From Paraphysomonas bandaiensis (lineage: Eukaryota; Protista; Chrysophyceae), in contig CBFFRP010000049.1 of assembly GCA_965644295.1 (NCBI GenBank), positions 1 through 64,000 on the forward strand: 64,000 nt of DNA, in the 5' to 3' direction. The position numbers and the translations under genes were made by a program. The notes beneath the pieces are model-generated. The model was given only the letters and a program-made list of their open reading frames with translations. It was not told where the DNA came from and made no database searches. Shown here in pieces: positions 35,401-47,425 of this stretch. Within the stretch, counting starts at the first letter, position 1. Every line of letters starts with the position of its first letter.

Positions 35401-38400
35401 CTAAGGTATTATTAACTGAAGCAAATGCATATCTTGTACACAGCGTCGCAAATAACTGCTAAAGACAGAGGTGCATGCCAAACACGATTCTATTCTATTA
35501 GAGTGTAATACCACACTCAGCATTCGAAGATAGCATTCGCTATCATTTTCTGTAGACTTATCACTGTGGCCCTTCATCCAGCAGCTGTGGTCCGAGAGGG
35601 CATCGCATACGTCATTAATTGTAAGAGTGCGAGGGCGAAGAGTATGCTGCATATATAAGCATGAAACAGAAATTATAACGGCTGCGTCATTTACCTCGCA
35701 CAAATGTGATGATTCATTGAATTCCTGTGCTTTCAAGAGCAAACTTATCTCATTGTATCGTCGTTCTGCATCTGTAGCACGCATCAATCGTACATATATT
35801 GAAAAACGCGTGGAGTACTTGCCACTAATATGCATTGATCGACTCAAGTACATATACTCTGCAGACAGTTTCCAATTCATCCTATATGCACACGGCAAGT
35901 CGCCTATTTACACAAATAGAGATGAATACGGTCATAATCTTACTATCAATGTACCCACCATTCTGAAAGAGCTGCAAAATATCACTTTTTAGGTGTCTTT
36001 CAGTTACAACTTGTAGATTATCCTTATATCTGAAAGCGATATAACAGAACATCATTTTATATGCAACTATTTTACCTAACCCAAGAGCCAATGGCTGATA
36101 TGTAAATTCGCTGGTGAACTTGTCGCATACTGTGTGTGCGGACAGGTCTTGTACGTGCATGAGCGTTTAGTACGCCCGGTTCCCAGTCTAATCCCATTAC
36201 ATCGCAAACTAGACGCCGCATTTCCTGAACCTGTGTCAGAACAAGAAAGCACACTATATAGAGTTCGCACTATCAATAAGAAAAAACGGTTTGCCGTATA
36301 AGTGTAAGTCATGAGTAAATAACGTAGAGTGCGAAGCTGCTAGGACAAAGGTGGTAGAGGAAATATGTTTTTTTATATTACTCACTTTGCTCGGCGTCTG
36401 TACCAAATCCTCATAAAGAACTTCTGTGACCCGACCTGGTAGGACTCGTCGCCAATGAGCCATTAATTTTAAGTACAGTTTATACTCGTGGCATACATCC
36501 TCAAGGCTGTGTGTCCAATCCAAGCCTACGAAACTTTGATGTCAGCTATCTCCGACTGATGACTTCATTGAATATATATATCAAAACATAGTCCAATACA
36601 AATTATACTTGAAGCAGATCTTACCTACATCATCAAACTTATGCTTATATGTGCTGAAGATAGTGTCCATGGGATCTCGCACGGTGTGAAGAATTACTGA
36701 ACGAGGGAAAAGCAGATGTATCAAACCAATATTTTTATAATTAAATAACATTTTATCCACAATCCTCAATGGGTCGCCTCCTGTTCGTGCTCGCATTCGG
36801 TCTAAAATAACTTCACTGCCTTGTGAAACAATTCTTCGTATCTGCATATACTGAGATGTTGCAGTCTCCGAAGAACCCATAGTTAATTGAATACTAGAAA
36901 GAATATCAGGTAGTTCAGAGTTCAGCACACTATCTTCACCGGAGCCCACCACTCCACTGTGAGCATCCAGCATATGTTCCAGAAGTGATGACCCCGACCG
37001 CATGAAGCCAACGATGAACACCGGTAGTCGTGAGGAATTACCCACCCCAGATGGCCAAAATGTCCGACAAAATACTCGGCAAATGGTATCCACGCGAGAT
37101 GAACTTTCGAGCGAAGAGTATCGGGTAGTGCCAGCCTGCATTCGCGAAAGGGTTGCTACTTGGTGTGCAGACAGTAGAAAAGACCACGCAGAGTCAGTGT
37201 CTCCTAACTTGTGAGCAGCAACATACATTGCAAAGTACAACTCACTCGGTACGCCACAGGTCGGACAGATTCGACCCAGCACACCAAGTGATATTTCACA
37301 ACCAGACACCAATGATTTCTCTACCCTTCTCATATCGTCGAGTAGCATTTTCCATTCCTCCGTACTACACTCTCTCTCACTCACACATTGTACTAAGCCA
37401 GTGTAAGTCTGTGCATAATATGGTGCACATTGTAGGGCATTCTTTAAAGCATTCTCTGCCTTAGATGTCATGTTGAGAGCAAGGAGACACATGCCCATAT
37501 GATGTAGACAGATAGCTCTATCATGCGCACATGTACACAACTCCATCGCATGCATATGAGACTCATAAGCCTCGTTTAATCGCCCCATTGTATTCAACAA
37601 CAATCCTTTGCGGTGAAACACAACAAGCTATAAAAACACATATTAATTAATCACTTCTCTACATCACTTGTACTACACATACATCCCTACTCCCTCTACA
37701 TACATGTACATACCCTCTCTACATCACTTGACTACACATACATCCCTACTCTACATGTATATACCTTCTCTACATCACTTGACTACACATACATCCCTAC
37801 TCCCTCTATACATACATGTACATACCTTCTCTACAACACTTGACTACACATACATCCCTACTCTCTATATACATGCATGTATACACCTTCTTTACATCAC
37901 TTGACTACACATACATCTCTACTCCCTCTATATACATGTACATACCTTCTCTACATCACTTGACTACACATACATCTCTACTCCCTCTATATACATGTAC
38001 ATACCTTCTCTACATCACTTGACTACACATACATCCCTACTCTCTATATACATACATGTATACACCTTCTCTACATCACTTGACTACACATACATCCCTA
38101 CTCCCTCTATATACACGTGTATATACCTTCTCTACATCGCTTGTACTATACATACATCCCTACTCCCTCTATATACATGTATATACCTTCTCTACATCAC
38201 TTGACTACACATACATCCCTACTCCCTCTATATACACGTGTATATACCTTCTCTACATCACTTGTACTACACATACATCCCTACTCCCTCTATATACACG
38301 TGTATATACCTTCTCCACATCTCTTGTACTATACATACATGCGTTATTAAACGCCTCTAGTGCCTGCTGCTGATACTTTCCACCATCATGATATGCTGCA

Positions 38401-38571
38401 TCACGAGCTTGAAGTGCCTGATGTATTCTATGTATCAGTGGATGTGATAATGACTTATAAGGGGGATAATACCAGTCCTAAATCAGCCCAATAGGTGCTT
38501 CTATAGGGGCTTGTTATTACTTGATTGCGACACTTTCTAATAGCGTGATCGATATCTGCTATACCAGACAT
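35401..38571 (-). CDS. TPR-containing sulfotransferase (Sulfotransfer_3 type), multi-exon
   Basis: TPR-like helices; PAPS loop PVFIVGFMRSGSSLLEHMLDAH; VDKMLFNY..IGLIHLLFP...RDPMDT; YEDLV; VRTHSMRQVHQRIY; 5' exons MSGIADIDHAI... and ALQARDAAYHDGG; exact start and some junctions uncertain. Confidence 0.85.
37658..38340. repeat. Intronic minisatellite, ~58-62-bp unit x ~12
   Basis: tctacatcacttgactacacatacatccctactccctctatatacatgtatataccttc repeated head to tail. Confidence 0.95.
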
Positions 38572-39062
38572 AGAGATGAATGAAAGGATGATATCACAGG
38601 ACTGTGATTGTGGCTGATAGTGATTATCTATCTATATATATATGAGTGGGATGTAAGACTGGTAGATGAGGGTTCTCTATATGTATATACATGTATGTAT
38701 GTATGTACGTATGTATATGTATGGAAAGACACGTAGAGGTCATAGAAAGAAGTGAATTGAGAGAGAGGTGGCCAATCAGTATGTAGAATAATGGAATAAT
38801 ATTATATCATTGGTTTATAGAATTCACTTTTCATGGCAACTTATTATTCTATTATTATGGATTAAAAATCATTGATTTTATCATTTCTAGATATCTGGGG
38901 GTTAAAAAAGTGGACTTTTTTGTTAGTGGACTACACTACTATACTGCTGACTCTTACACTGCTGTACGCATGTACTATAGGCAGATACTGCATGCCTCTA
39001 TGCTACATGTTGCATATATAACATAGCAGCATATATATACATATATCACTCCACATAACTGC

Positions 39063-39659
39063 ATGATGGATGATCTATACATTACTTGCAATACTTTACT
39101 AGATACTCTTCATTCAGCTGCATCAAGAGCTGATTTTGAATTATATTTTAAATGTTTTCATGAGAATGGTCGCTTTCTAGGGACGGATGCAACTGAGAAT
39201 TGGACAATAGAAGAGTTTAAAGACTTCTGTCGGCCAATATTTAAAGGTTCATCTGCATGGAATTATATTCCACAAGGAACAAGAAAATTAGCAGTATTTC
39301 CTTCAAATGAAATATCTGTTTCTGTTGCAACTGTTGTTATGTTTGATGAGACACTTGATTTTCCAGCAATGCGTTGCACGGCACGCGGTACTGGGACTAT
39401 AGTATGGTGTGAAAAACAAGATAGATGGGTTATTCTGCAGTATCATCTTTCATTTCCGATACCGGATGAAGTGGGTGGGACAATAACTAAAATTATTGGG
39501 GACCATCTCGCTCGGGAAGATCCTAAAGTAATGAAGCTACGAGAAGAAGAGGCAGATAAGGCTGCGGAAGAATTGCTGAAGGAATTAGATATGAATGAGT
39601 CGAAATCAGGAGGCAGTAAAACAAGTAAGAAGAAAAAGAAAGGAAAAGGGAAGAAGTAA
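39063..39659 (+). CDS. SnoaL-like/NTF2-family protein with Lys-rich tail, intronless
   Basis: LDTLHSAASRADF..YF..F...G.FLGTDATENWT..EF; FDETLD; RGTG; WVILQYHLSFPIP (SnoaL_3-type signature). Confidence 0.85.
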   Translation: MMDDLYITCNTLLDTLHSAASRADFELYFKCFHENGRFLGTDATENWTIEEFKDFCRPIFKGSSAWNYIPQGTRKLAVFPSNEISVSVATVVMFDETLDFPAMRCTARGTGTIVWCEKQDRWVILQYHLSFPIPDEVGGTITKIIGDHLAREDPKVMKLREEEADKAAEELLKELDMNESKSGGSKTSKKKKKGKGKK

Positions 39660-40261
39660 CACGCTGTTTATCTTAGTATATAAGTAGGAGGGTGCACCCT
39701 CGCAGTACTAATTTGTTTGTCCTGTAATAAGCCGTATGTTTGTAATATTACGTAGCACACTAGCGATTAGGCCTATATCGTTGCAACTCTACGTAGATAT
39801 TCTGCCTAGCTATCCACAGTTGTGGCATTGATGATACTAGATTGGAGTAAAGAGTAAAGTGGTGGTAGGTGGTGGAATATGCTACAACTCCACTGAAGCC
39901 AACCTTGCTCGAACCGTAAGGCTTAAACTTACACAGAGAGGATTCTATACAGAGGTGTTCATCTGTCAATCCTATACCTTCTATTGTCATTTGTCATATA
40001 TAAGGAACAAGGAACTAAATTTACTTCCTTTACAACTAGTTGTATTATAATGTAGAAGTAAGTGTACTAAGTTGTTACTAAGTGTGAATAGAAGTAAGTG
40101 TCACTAAGAACCCATTAAAACTATGAGTTATACCGTATTATATATCGTATCATCCATCAGAACGAAGTAGCGGGTAGCGGTAATGTGGGTATATTGATAT
40201 GGTTCTGTACGCGATGAAGTAAACCACTGGGGGAGGGTTGCATTTAATCACAACTAAGAAT

Positions 40262-40836
40262 TTACCCAAAGTAAATCGAATTTAACACTTATTTAGTTTA
40301 TTAATCTTCTAGACAGGAATGCTCAGGCCTACAGTTGACTACCTAGAGCATTTGTTTGCTCAATAGTAGTCTACAAAAGTTCTGTAATTTGAGGCAATTG
40401 TGTAGCAGCACTTTCTTCTTCATTTGTCACTACCTCAGAACAGTACTGGAACTGCGTAAACAAAGAAGTATGTGGTAGTAGTGACACAATTTTCATCTAC
40501 TGAAGCTAGCAACACATACAACTACTGATTTCTTTTCTGCTAAACCTTTCTAAATCTATGAGACTATAGATGTATATTGAAGTATATATCTGAGTATCTC
40601 ATTTCTATACCAACCGCTTAATATGTTGTGTGTGACGCCTATGATCAATTACGTTTCCTCAGGCATTTTCTTTTAAGCATTGGAAACTGTGTTCCTCGGG
40701 ATTAGAAAACGTCACACACATTGAAAGTTTAGTCAATTTTTCGTAACGGGTCAATCCGCTTCATCGTGATGACAAGGTACTTACCTTAATATCCAATCAA
40801 ATTCTGGACTTTGAGCTCAGCTTTTCCATGTTCATA
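40262..40836 (+). repeat. Direct repeat A, copy 1
   Basis: Near-identical to 47699-48310, which carries a ~30-bp and smaller insertions. Confidence 0.95.
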
Positions 40837-41045
40837 TCCCATACGTTATTTGCTATCTACCTACTGAACCCAACTAGCTACATCATTATCACACGGTATT
40901 CAGCGCTGAATATGCAGTGAGAACCCGAGTGGGGAACCGCTGAACTGAGCAATGTGTACATAGATAGAAGTGCGCGGTCGCAATACGCAGCAGCACCCAC
41001 TAGAGGGCCTCACGCAGTAATTAGTTACGCTGTCAGTATGGGGCA
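40837..41045 (+). repeat. Inverted repeat B, left
   Basis: Reverse complement of 47426-47632 with scattered substitutions. Confidence 0.95.
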
Positions 41046-41663
41046 GTATCCTGTTCACAGTATATATAAAATGGTGTCATTGTAATTGAACTGATATATA
41101 CCAGAGGAAGATTGTGAAAAAAAGAAAAGGACTTGTCCCTTCTCTCAGGATCCAGTTTTTCCCATTGTGAGTATATGCTAAAGAAAGTTCTCTTATATGT
41201 GCCACTCCTTCATTTCCCCTGATTGCTTCTCCCTAGGACAGTTATCTGGAGCATTTTGTATTTCTGAAGAAATGTTTGCAGCTGGTGAGCTCGATTCAGA
41301 CATCTTTATTGCGTTAACAGTTCTATTTAATAATATCAATGAACTCTCCTACATATATAGAGCGATATGCATGTTTTCTTGTCCACGTGCGTTTTTTCGT
41401 GTCCGTGAGAATAGTCGATCCAGCAAAAAACTCCAGGCTTTTTTGATACATGTTGTTTTTTGACGAATATATTTCAGAGAAATAACGGAAAAAGGTCGAT
41501 TTTTATGACGGATCGACTTATTCCCACAGATAGAGGAATGCTAATTTCTTAGCTATGGTGCTTTGTGTGTGACCCATCTCCCAAACAACGAAATTTCTCT
41601 GTCAAAATAAATTCCGACTCCACACATTTCCATAAAAACAGAAAAATTTATAATCCTACGTCT

Positions 41664-41807
41664 GGGCATCCTTTGTATGTTTTTGTTCCAAGATGCCTCT
41701 AATACTGAGACAATAATTGTCTGTATTCCAGTCGTAGTTGTATCTCAGTAATATAGAGTATATTTACTTCAATTAATTCCCGAAAAATAAGATGCAGACT
41801 GCCGATA
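41664..41807. repeat. Dispersed repeat 'C', copy 3 (upstream of kinase gene)
   Basis: Highly similar to 48745-48905. Confidence 0.85.
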
Positions 41808-41983
41808 CCTACCCATCCAGATCTTCGTACCTCCGGGCTCAGAATGGGGCAACATACACACATACATCGTAGATACATACATAGATAGCTAGATACGAAT
41901 CAACTAAGAGAATAGTTAAAGCATCACAATCACATGCTGCTGTATATTCTACATTAATTTTTTAAACAGTTAAAAGTACCATC

Positions 41984-44900
41984 ATGTTAGCAATTAAACA
42001 ATTCAAAAATTTTGTTCTATTAAGAGACAAGAATATAAGAAAGAAACTTAAGGATGAAGTTTGGATGCTACATATGCTTGATAGTATTAGTCACTATCAA
42101 TTGTTTGTTGTGGTAAATGTCCATGGTCGTACTGTTTTTAGAGACATCTGTGAGCACGCATCAGACAAAGTATTTGATAAAGTAATGCAACGACTTGAGA
42201 ATAGGGTCCTAAACTTAGAGAATAACGAAGGCAGGAGTTTCTGGAGCCTACTCTTCGCTTCCTCTGCCTCAACAACCGAACTAAACCAGCGTTTATCGTC
42301 TCTCTTTACTAGACTGAGAAATGATGCTCAGAGTGCTTGTTGTCGTAAATATGATTGTGGAAACACCCTTCTGAATTTTATGTTAATTGACACTTCCCAG
42401 AAATGGAATGCAAAGACGGTTAAAATCATTGTTGCTGTACTTGGTTCTCGCGTGGAACGGACATTTTTGCAGAAAAATAATGATGGACAGGATTGCTTCG
42501 ATATTTTAATTGCCCAGGCTACCTCAGTAGAAGAGGTTAATCAGTGTTTACAAACCGTTTTGACAGGTCTAGGGAAGAATGTACGCGGTGGTCTGATATG
42601 TGACAGTATGTTATTGCATCGAGTATTACTGAGTACTAAGTGGAATGCAGAGACGGTTAGAATCATTGTTGCTGTACTTGGTTCTCGCGTGGAACGGACA
42701 TTTTTGCAGAAAAATAATGATGGACAGGATTGCTTCGATATTTTAATTGCCCAGGCTACCTCAGTAGAAGAGGTTAATCAGTGTTTACAAACCGTTTTGA
42801 CAGGTCTAGGGAAGAATGTACGCGGTGGTCTGATATGTGACAGTATGTTATTGCATCGAGTATTACTGAGTACTAAGTGGAATGCAAAGACGGTTAAAAT
42901 CATTGTTGCTGTACTTGGTTCTCACGTGGAACGGACATTTTTGCAGAAAAATAATGGTGGACAGGATTGCTTCGATATTTTAATTGCCCAGGCTACCTCA
43001 GTGAAACAGGTTAATCAGTGTTTACAAACATTCTTAACAGCTATAGGAAGCGAAGCTGCTAGGGACTGTGCCCAAAAATTGCAGTATGGCCAGAATGCTA
43101 ACACACTAATGCATAGAGTATTACTGAGTACTAAGTGGAATGCAAAGACGGTTAAAATCATTGTTGCTGTACTTGGTTCTCACGTGGAACGGACATTTTT
43201 GCAGAAAAATAATGGTGGACAGGATTGCTTCGATATTTTAATTGCCCAGGCTTCCTCAGTGAAACAGGTTAATCAGTGTTTACAAACATTCTTAACAGCT
43301 ATAGGAAGCGAAGCTGCTAGGGACTGTGCCCAAAAATTGCAGTATGGCCAGAATGCTAACACACTAATGCATAGAGTATTACTGAGTACTAAGTGGAATC
43401 CAAAGACGGTTAAAATCATTGTTGCTGTACTTGGTTCTCACGTGGAACGGACATTTTTGCAGAAAAATAATGGTGGACAGGATTGCTTCGATATTTTAGT
43501 TGCTCAGGCTACCTCAGTAGAACAGGTTAATCAGCGTTTACAAGCCGTTTTGACAGGTCTAGGAAAAAATGTAGGCGATGGTCTGATATGTGACAGTATG
43601 TTATTGCATCGAGTATTCCGAAATACTTCCTGGAAATGGAATGCAGAGACGGTTAGAATCATTGTTGCTAGATTCGGCTCTCAAGCAGCACAGAGATTGA
43701 GGGAATACTGTGATGGACAGAATTGTTTAGAGCTGTTATTAGCTAATGTCACCTCCTCAACGCAGCAGCTAAACCAAGTATTGCAAATGCTATTGACTAG
43801 TCTAGGTAGTCAAGCTTCTCGTCTTTGTGCTGCTCCATGTAGATCCACGGCCAATAGCCTATTACATTTATCTTTGATCAACCTGTCGGGGAGGTGTAAT
43901 GCCCACACGATTGAACTCATTCTATCTTCACTAGGCGACCAGGATCGTTACACATGCAATTTTCGAAATGCTGGAAGCAACTCAGGACTTGACCTCGCAC
44001 TTTACAATCACAAGGGACACATAAATGAATATACTGTTTATTTGATTTTGAATATATTGTACGGAGTAACAGAAGATCAAATACGCGAAGGCGTTTCTCT
44101 AGACCAAGGCGCATACAACTATTTATTAAATAGTTTGTTAAAAGCAAGCAACTATTCAGGAGTGCGCTCTAACACACACAAGCCTGTTGTGTTGATATTA
44201 GCGCATGCGGCACTCAGTGTAGAAGTGCAAATTGACTTTCAAGACAAGGTGCAACAGCTTATTTCATCTTTAACAAAAAGTATCGGGATATTGAAAGTTC
44301 TGGCAAACCTCTCATTAAATCCAACCAATAGAAGAAAAATGTTAGAGCCTGCCAACTTAAAAACAATTATTATTGCTGCCACAAATGCTGAGTTTGAGTT
44401 AGGTGGGGTACTTCTGTGGAGGTTGTTATATAGCAATGACGTTGACCAACTGGAACCGGTGGAGCACGAAGGTCTCGGGCAGCTATCAAATTACTTCGGC
44501 AGTGATCTGAATACAGCAGAGTGGCAAACAAATTTCATGTCGACGCAACAGCGTAATCGTCTTGTTATTAAGCAAGAACAGCTGACTGCTTTATGGAGTA
44601 CTTATAAAAATAACAACACCTCACCGTGCTCAGCCGTTATATGGGCGCTCATGAGTTTGATTACAACAATACCAAACCTTTCTGTTTTCCACACGACCAA
44701 CTTTATTGAAAAATTAAGTCAATGGTTACCACAACTGCCATTGCATGATGCAATTCTTGTTAGTGCAACGCTGAAGACGTTAGTAGATAGGGCAAGTTGT
44801 CGTGAAAAGCTAAGAGAAGCAGGCGCCGTAAGGACGTTTATGCCGCTAATAATAGCCACAAATAATGCCGTTCTTGAGGCGAATCTCTCTAAAATATTTG

Positions 44901-46501
44901 AAACGATGATGCAAGAGCAAAATAATCGATCAGATATTTTAAGACAAAAAAATATTTTAGAGCTTTCTGAACTTTTTATGAAAAAAATTGCGGCTGAGAA
45001 TTTCTCATTATCAGCGGCCCTGATGCATTTAGCGTATAATGAAAAGATAGAGAGTATTCCTCAAGAAACACTCGCTAACCTTTTTATTGAAACAGAATGT
45101 CGATCCGCTTGTGCAACACTGGCTGCAGTGGGAGAAATCACAAGTGAAGCGGTGATGGTGCTGACAGAAAACCAGATCATTTTATTGAAAAGCAAATTAT
45201 CAAATACAACTGATCACCTAGAGCGCGCACGTATGCTTTGGTTATTTTCGGTTTTTGCAATGCATCCACAAAACCACGCTGTTATGGGCAGGGCCGGCTG
45301 CATCAGTTTATTGATGGACTATATTGCCACCGCGCCACAATTTATTGAACTTGAGTTAGTCATCTTATTAAATTTGTCTTACCACGCAGAAAATAGACAA
45401 AAAATAGTTGATTTAAATGCGCGTTTGCAATTAACGCGTTTGCCACTGGAGGAAGATACCGAGGCTTCTCAGTTCCGCACAAAAATATTTGTCCACTTGG
45501 ATAGTGCTCCTGCTGGGCCAAATAGACGAAATCGACTGTTTGGTCAGAGAAGGCAGGGATTAAGATTACAACCTTTACGACGATTGTTTGGTGATAATAG
45601 AGTCCATCCAGGTGCTGGAGGTGATGAGCCAGATTTCTTTGATGAAAATGATGCTCGATTTACTCCTGTGTATATTCCTAAACAACTTTTGATCCTTGGT
45701 GGCGTTATTGGGGCTGGAACTTATGGCGTTGTATATAAGGCTCAATGGATAAGAGACATAGGAGAAAAAACCGTTGCAGTAAAATGTTTTACGGATGTTC
45801 AAATTGGAGCAAACAAAGAAAAAAATATCAGAGACGAAGTAAAAAACATGCGCTTGCTAAGACACACTAATATCGTGACGTTTTTTGGTCTATCAAAAGC
45901 AGAGAACAACGATCCTATGATTGTGATGGAGCATGCTGAAAAAGGCTCACTTCGCCAATATCTTGAGGCTAACGATGTAGACAATGTGACTTGGTCATTA
46001 CGCTTGAGAATTGCTTATGGGATTGCTAATGGACTAGCGTATATGCACGAACAACTGTTTGTACATCGTGATCTTAAGAGCCCAAATATTTTACTATCAA
46101 ACCAACTAGAACCAAAACTATGTGATTTTGGTCTGACAGAATTAAAGGTACGGCCGGGAACAACACACACTGATGAAGGTGGACAAACATTGATAGGTTC
46201 AGTGAGATGGATGGCGCCAGAACTGGTTCAAAAAATTGTGCCACCGAGCACAAAAGTTGATATTTGGGCATTGGGGATGTTGTTTTTTGAGTTAGTTACA
46301 CATGATCTGCCGTTTAACCATATCATTCCTAATGCATTAGTAATAAAAGCGCTCGAAAGAAATGAAAAAGTGACTGTGCCAAGGTCATGTCAGCGCGATC
46401 AACCAGCATTTGCTAGCGTTATGTCTTCTTGCTGGGAAATAGACCCTCAAGCACGTCCTACTGCTGAAGAAGTAAAGACAAGATTGCAGGCGTGTTTATA
46501 A
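41984..46501 (+). CDS. Intronless 1505-aa protein: tandem ankyrin-like helical repeats, ARM-like repeats, C-terminal TKL-type protein kinase
   Basis: GAGTYGVV, VAVK, HRDLKSPN, DFG, GSVRWMAPE, DIWALG, RPT; ARM-like ANLSLNPTNRRKM, REKLREAGAV, NLSYHAENRQKI; 79/86-aa N-terminal repeats. Confidence 0.93.
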   Translation: MLAIKQFKNFVLLRDKNIRKKLKDEVWMLHMLDSISHYQLFVVVNVHGRTVFRDICEHASDKVFDKVMQRLENRVLNLENNEGRSFWSLLFASSASTTELNQRLSSLFTRLRNDAQSACCRKYDCGNTLLNFMLIDTSQKWNAKTVKIIVAVLGSRVERTFLQKNNDGQDCFDILIAQATSVEEVNQCLQTVLTGLGKNVRGGLICDSMLLHRVLLSTKWNAETVRIIVAVLGSRVERTFLQKNNDGQDCFDILIAQATSVEEVNQCLQTVLTGLGKNVRGGLICDSMLLHRVLLSTKWNAKTVKIIVAVLGSHVERTFLQKNNGGQDCFDILIAQATSVKQVNQCLQTFLTAIGSEAARDCAQKLQYGQNANTLMHRVLLSTKWNAKTVKIIVAVLGSHVERTFLQKNNGGQDCFDILIAQASSVKQVNQCLQTFLTAIGSEAARDCAQKLQYGQNANTLMHRVLLSTKWNPKTVKIIVAVLGSHVERTFLQKNNGGQDCFDILVAQATSVEQVNQRLQAVLTGLGKNVGDGLICDSMLLHRVFRNTSWKWNAETVRIIVARFGSQAAQRLREYCDGQNCLELLLANVTSSTQQLNQVLQMLLTSLGSQASRLCAAPCRSTANSLLHLSLINLSGRCNAHTIELILSSLGDQDRYTCNFRNAGSNSGLDLALYNHKGHINEYTVYLILNILYGVTEDQIREGVSLDQGAYNYLLNSLLKASNYSGVRSNTHKPVVLILAHAALSVEVQIDFQDKVQQLISSLTKSIGILKVLANLSLNPTNRRKMLEPANLKTIIIAATNAEFELGGVLLWRLLYSNDVDQLEPVEHEGLGQLSNYFGSDLNTAEWQTNFMSTQQRNRLVIKQEQLTALWSTYKNNNTSPCSAVIWALMSLITTIPNLSVFHTTNFIEKLSQWLPQLPLHDAILVSATLKTLVDRASCREKLREAGAVRTFMPLIIATNNAVLEANLSKIFETMMQEQNNRSDILRQKNILELSELFMKKIAAENFSLSAALMHLAYNEKIESIPQETLANLFIETECRSACATLAAVGEITSEAVMVLTENQIILLKSKLSNTTDHLERARMLWLFSVFAMHPQNHAVMGRAGCISLLMDYIATAPQFIELELVILLNLSYHAENRQKIVDLNARLQLTRLPLEEDTEASQFRTKIFVHLDSAPAGPNRRNRLFGQRRQGLRLQPLRRLFGDNRVHPGAGGDEPDFFDENDARFTPVYIPKQLLILGGVIGAGTYGVVYKAQWIRDIGEKTVAVKCFTDVQIGANKEKNIRDEVKNMRLLRHTNIVTFFGLSKAENNDPMIVMEHAEKGSLRQYLEANDVDNVTWSLRLRIAYGIANGLAYMHEQLFVHRDLKSPNILLSNQLEPKLCDFGLTELKVRPGTTHTDEGGQTLIGSVRWMAPELVQKIVPPSTKVDIWALGMLFFELVTHDLPFNHIIPNALVIKALERNEKVTVPRSCQRDQPAFASVMSSCWEIDPQARPTAEEVKTRLQACL
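42404..43700 (+). repeat. Coding tandem repeats within the kinase gene
   Basis: Units start at 42404, 42641, 42878, 43136, 43394 and 43637 (237, 237, 258, 258, 243 nt), near-identical at DNA level. Confidence 0.95.
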
Positions 46502-46685
46502 CAAAGGATTATTTATTTTAAGTCATATAACAGATGACAACTGTAAAAAACTTGAGTGGTAAGCATTTTTATCTATCGATCCCTCTATCTTTTTCAATTT
46601 CTCTATCTCGTCGCGCCTGTATTTGTGCGTCAAGTTTTGGTGCTACTTTTTGCAGTTTATCAAAAGTATAATTTTTCTTAGAAAG

Positions 46686-47207
46686 GTAACCGCCACTTTA
46701 ATACCATCTACCACTAATATTTTATAAGCTGAAAATTTTCTACCATTTCAGGATGGAACGGGATCAGTTGAATTATCTCTCGCGATGGTCGTGAATAAAT
46801 AACTTAAATACTCATGCGCATTCATTTGATTGGCTCAACAGGATTGTATCAGGCTATAGAAAGTCAATGCTTCTTGCATGCCAGATTCGGCGCCTAAGAA
46901 TAGAAAGTTTTTCTGCCTAAGGCAAAATCGAATTCTCTGCTAAGTTATTTTCCACTTCGATAGGACCGCTAGTGATGCAAGCGTTTAACTTGGGCAAGTA
47001 TTTTGTTGCACACGCTATCCCTTCACCAATGCCGCATTTCGGCAGCACATGAACTAAGATTTTTTCACACCAGGCCTATTGGGCTTTTAGGCATTCTTCG
47101 AACTTGCATTCTCTTCTTAACGCCAAGCGCTGAATTGAATTCAGTTGCTGCGTTGCTACCAAGTGATCAGCTTTATAGAGTGTCTCAATCAGGCTCAGTG
47201 CTTGCTG
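46686..47207 (-). pseudogene. tnpC: Bacterial IS66-family transposase (TnpC) C-terminal remnant with right end
   Basis: Minus strand: QQALSLIETLYKAD...QRLALRR...*AWCEKILVHVLPKCGIGEGIA...GPIEVENNLAENSI / FALGRK / NFLFLGAESG...FYSLIQSC*ANQMNAHEYL, matching IS66 consensus LPKS.LG.AI..EIDNN.AEN.IR..ALGRKN.LF.GS..YSLI.TC..N; GTAACCG at 46686 fits an IS66 terminal IR start; 2 stops and 2 frameshifts. Confidence 0.85.
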
Positions 47208-47408
47208 TATTAGAAACAGACATAATTAGTAGTTGAAATTGAGTATAATACTAAGATAAACACTCTAAGTAGATAATTATAGAATTATAAACAATATCAC
47301 TTATCATTCAGCAGCTCATTGTATCTCTTCTACACCAACCGTTTCTAGTACGATCTTACATCGTCACTATCTTGTACAGTCAATATATTTTATTGTCATC
47401 ACCACAAT
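47208..47408. repeat. Host dispersed repeat (possible TA..TA solo LTR) truncating the IS66 remnant
   Basis: Begins TATTAG where IS66 similarity stops; shares a ~33-bp core with 22567-22789. Confidence 0.45.
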
Positions 47409-47425
47409 AGCTATCTTATTGTTAG

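Noticed and set aside
37658-38340. Regular ~60-bp repeats resembling a CRISPR array; many overlapping ORFs
   Set aside because: Head-to-tail minisatellite with no unique spacers, inside an intron, no cas genes; the ORFs are repeat translations
47003-47236. 77-aa plus-strand ORF
   Set aside because: Antisense shadow of the IS66 remnant
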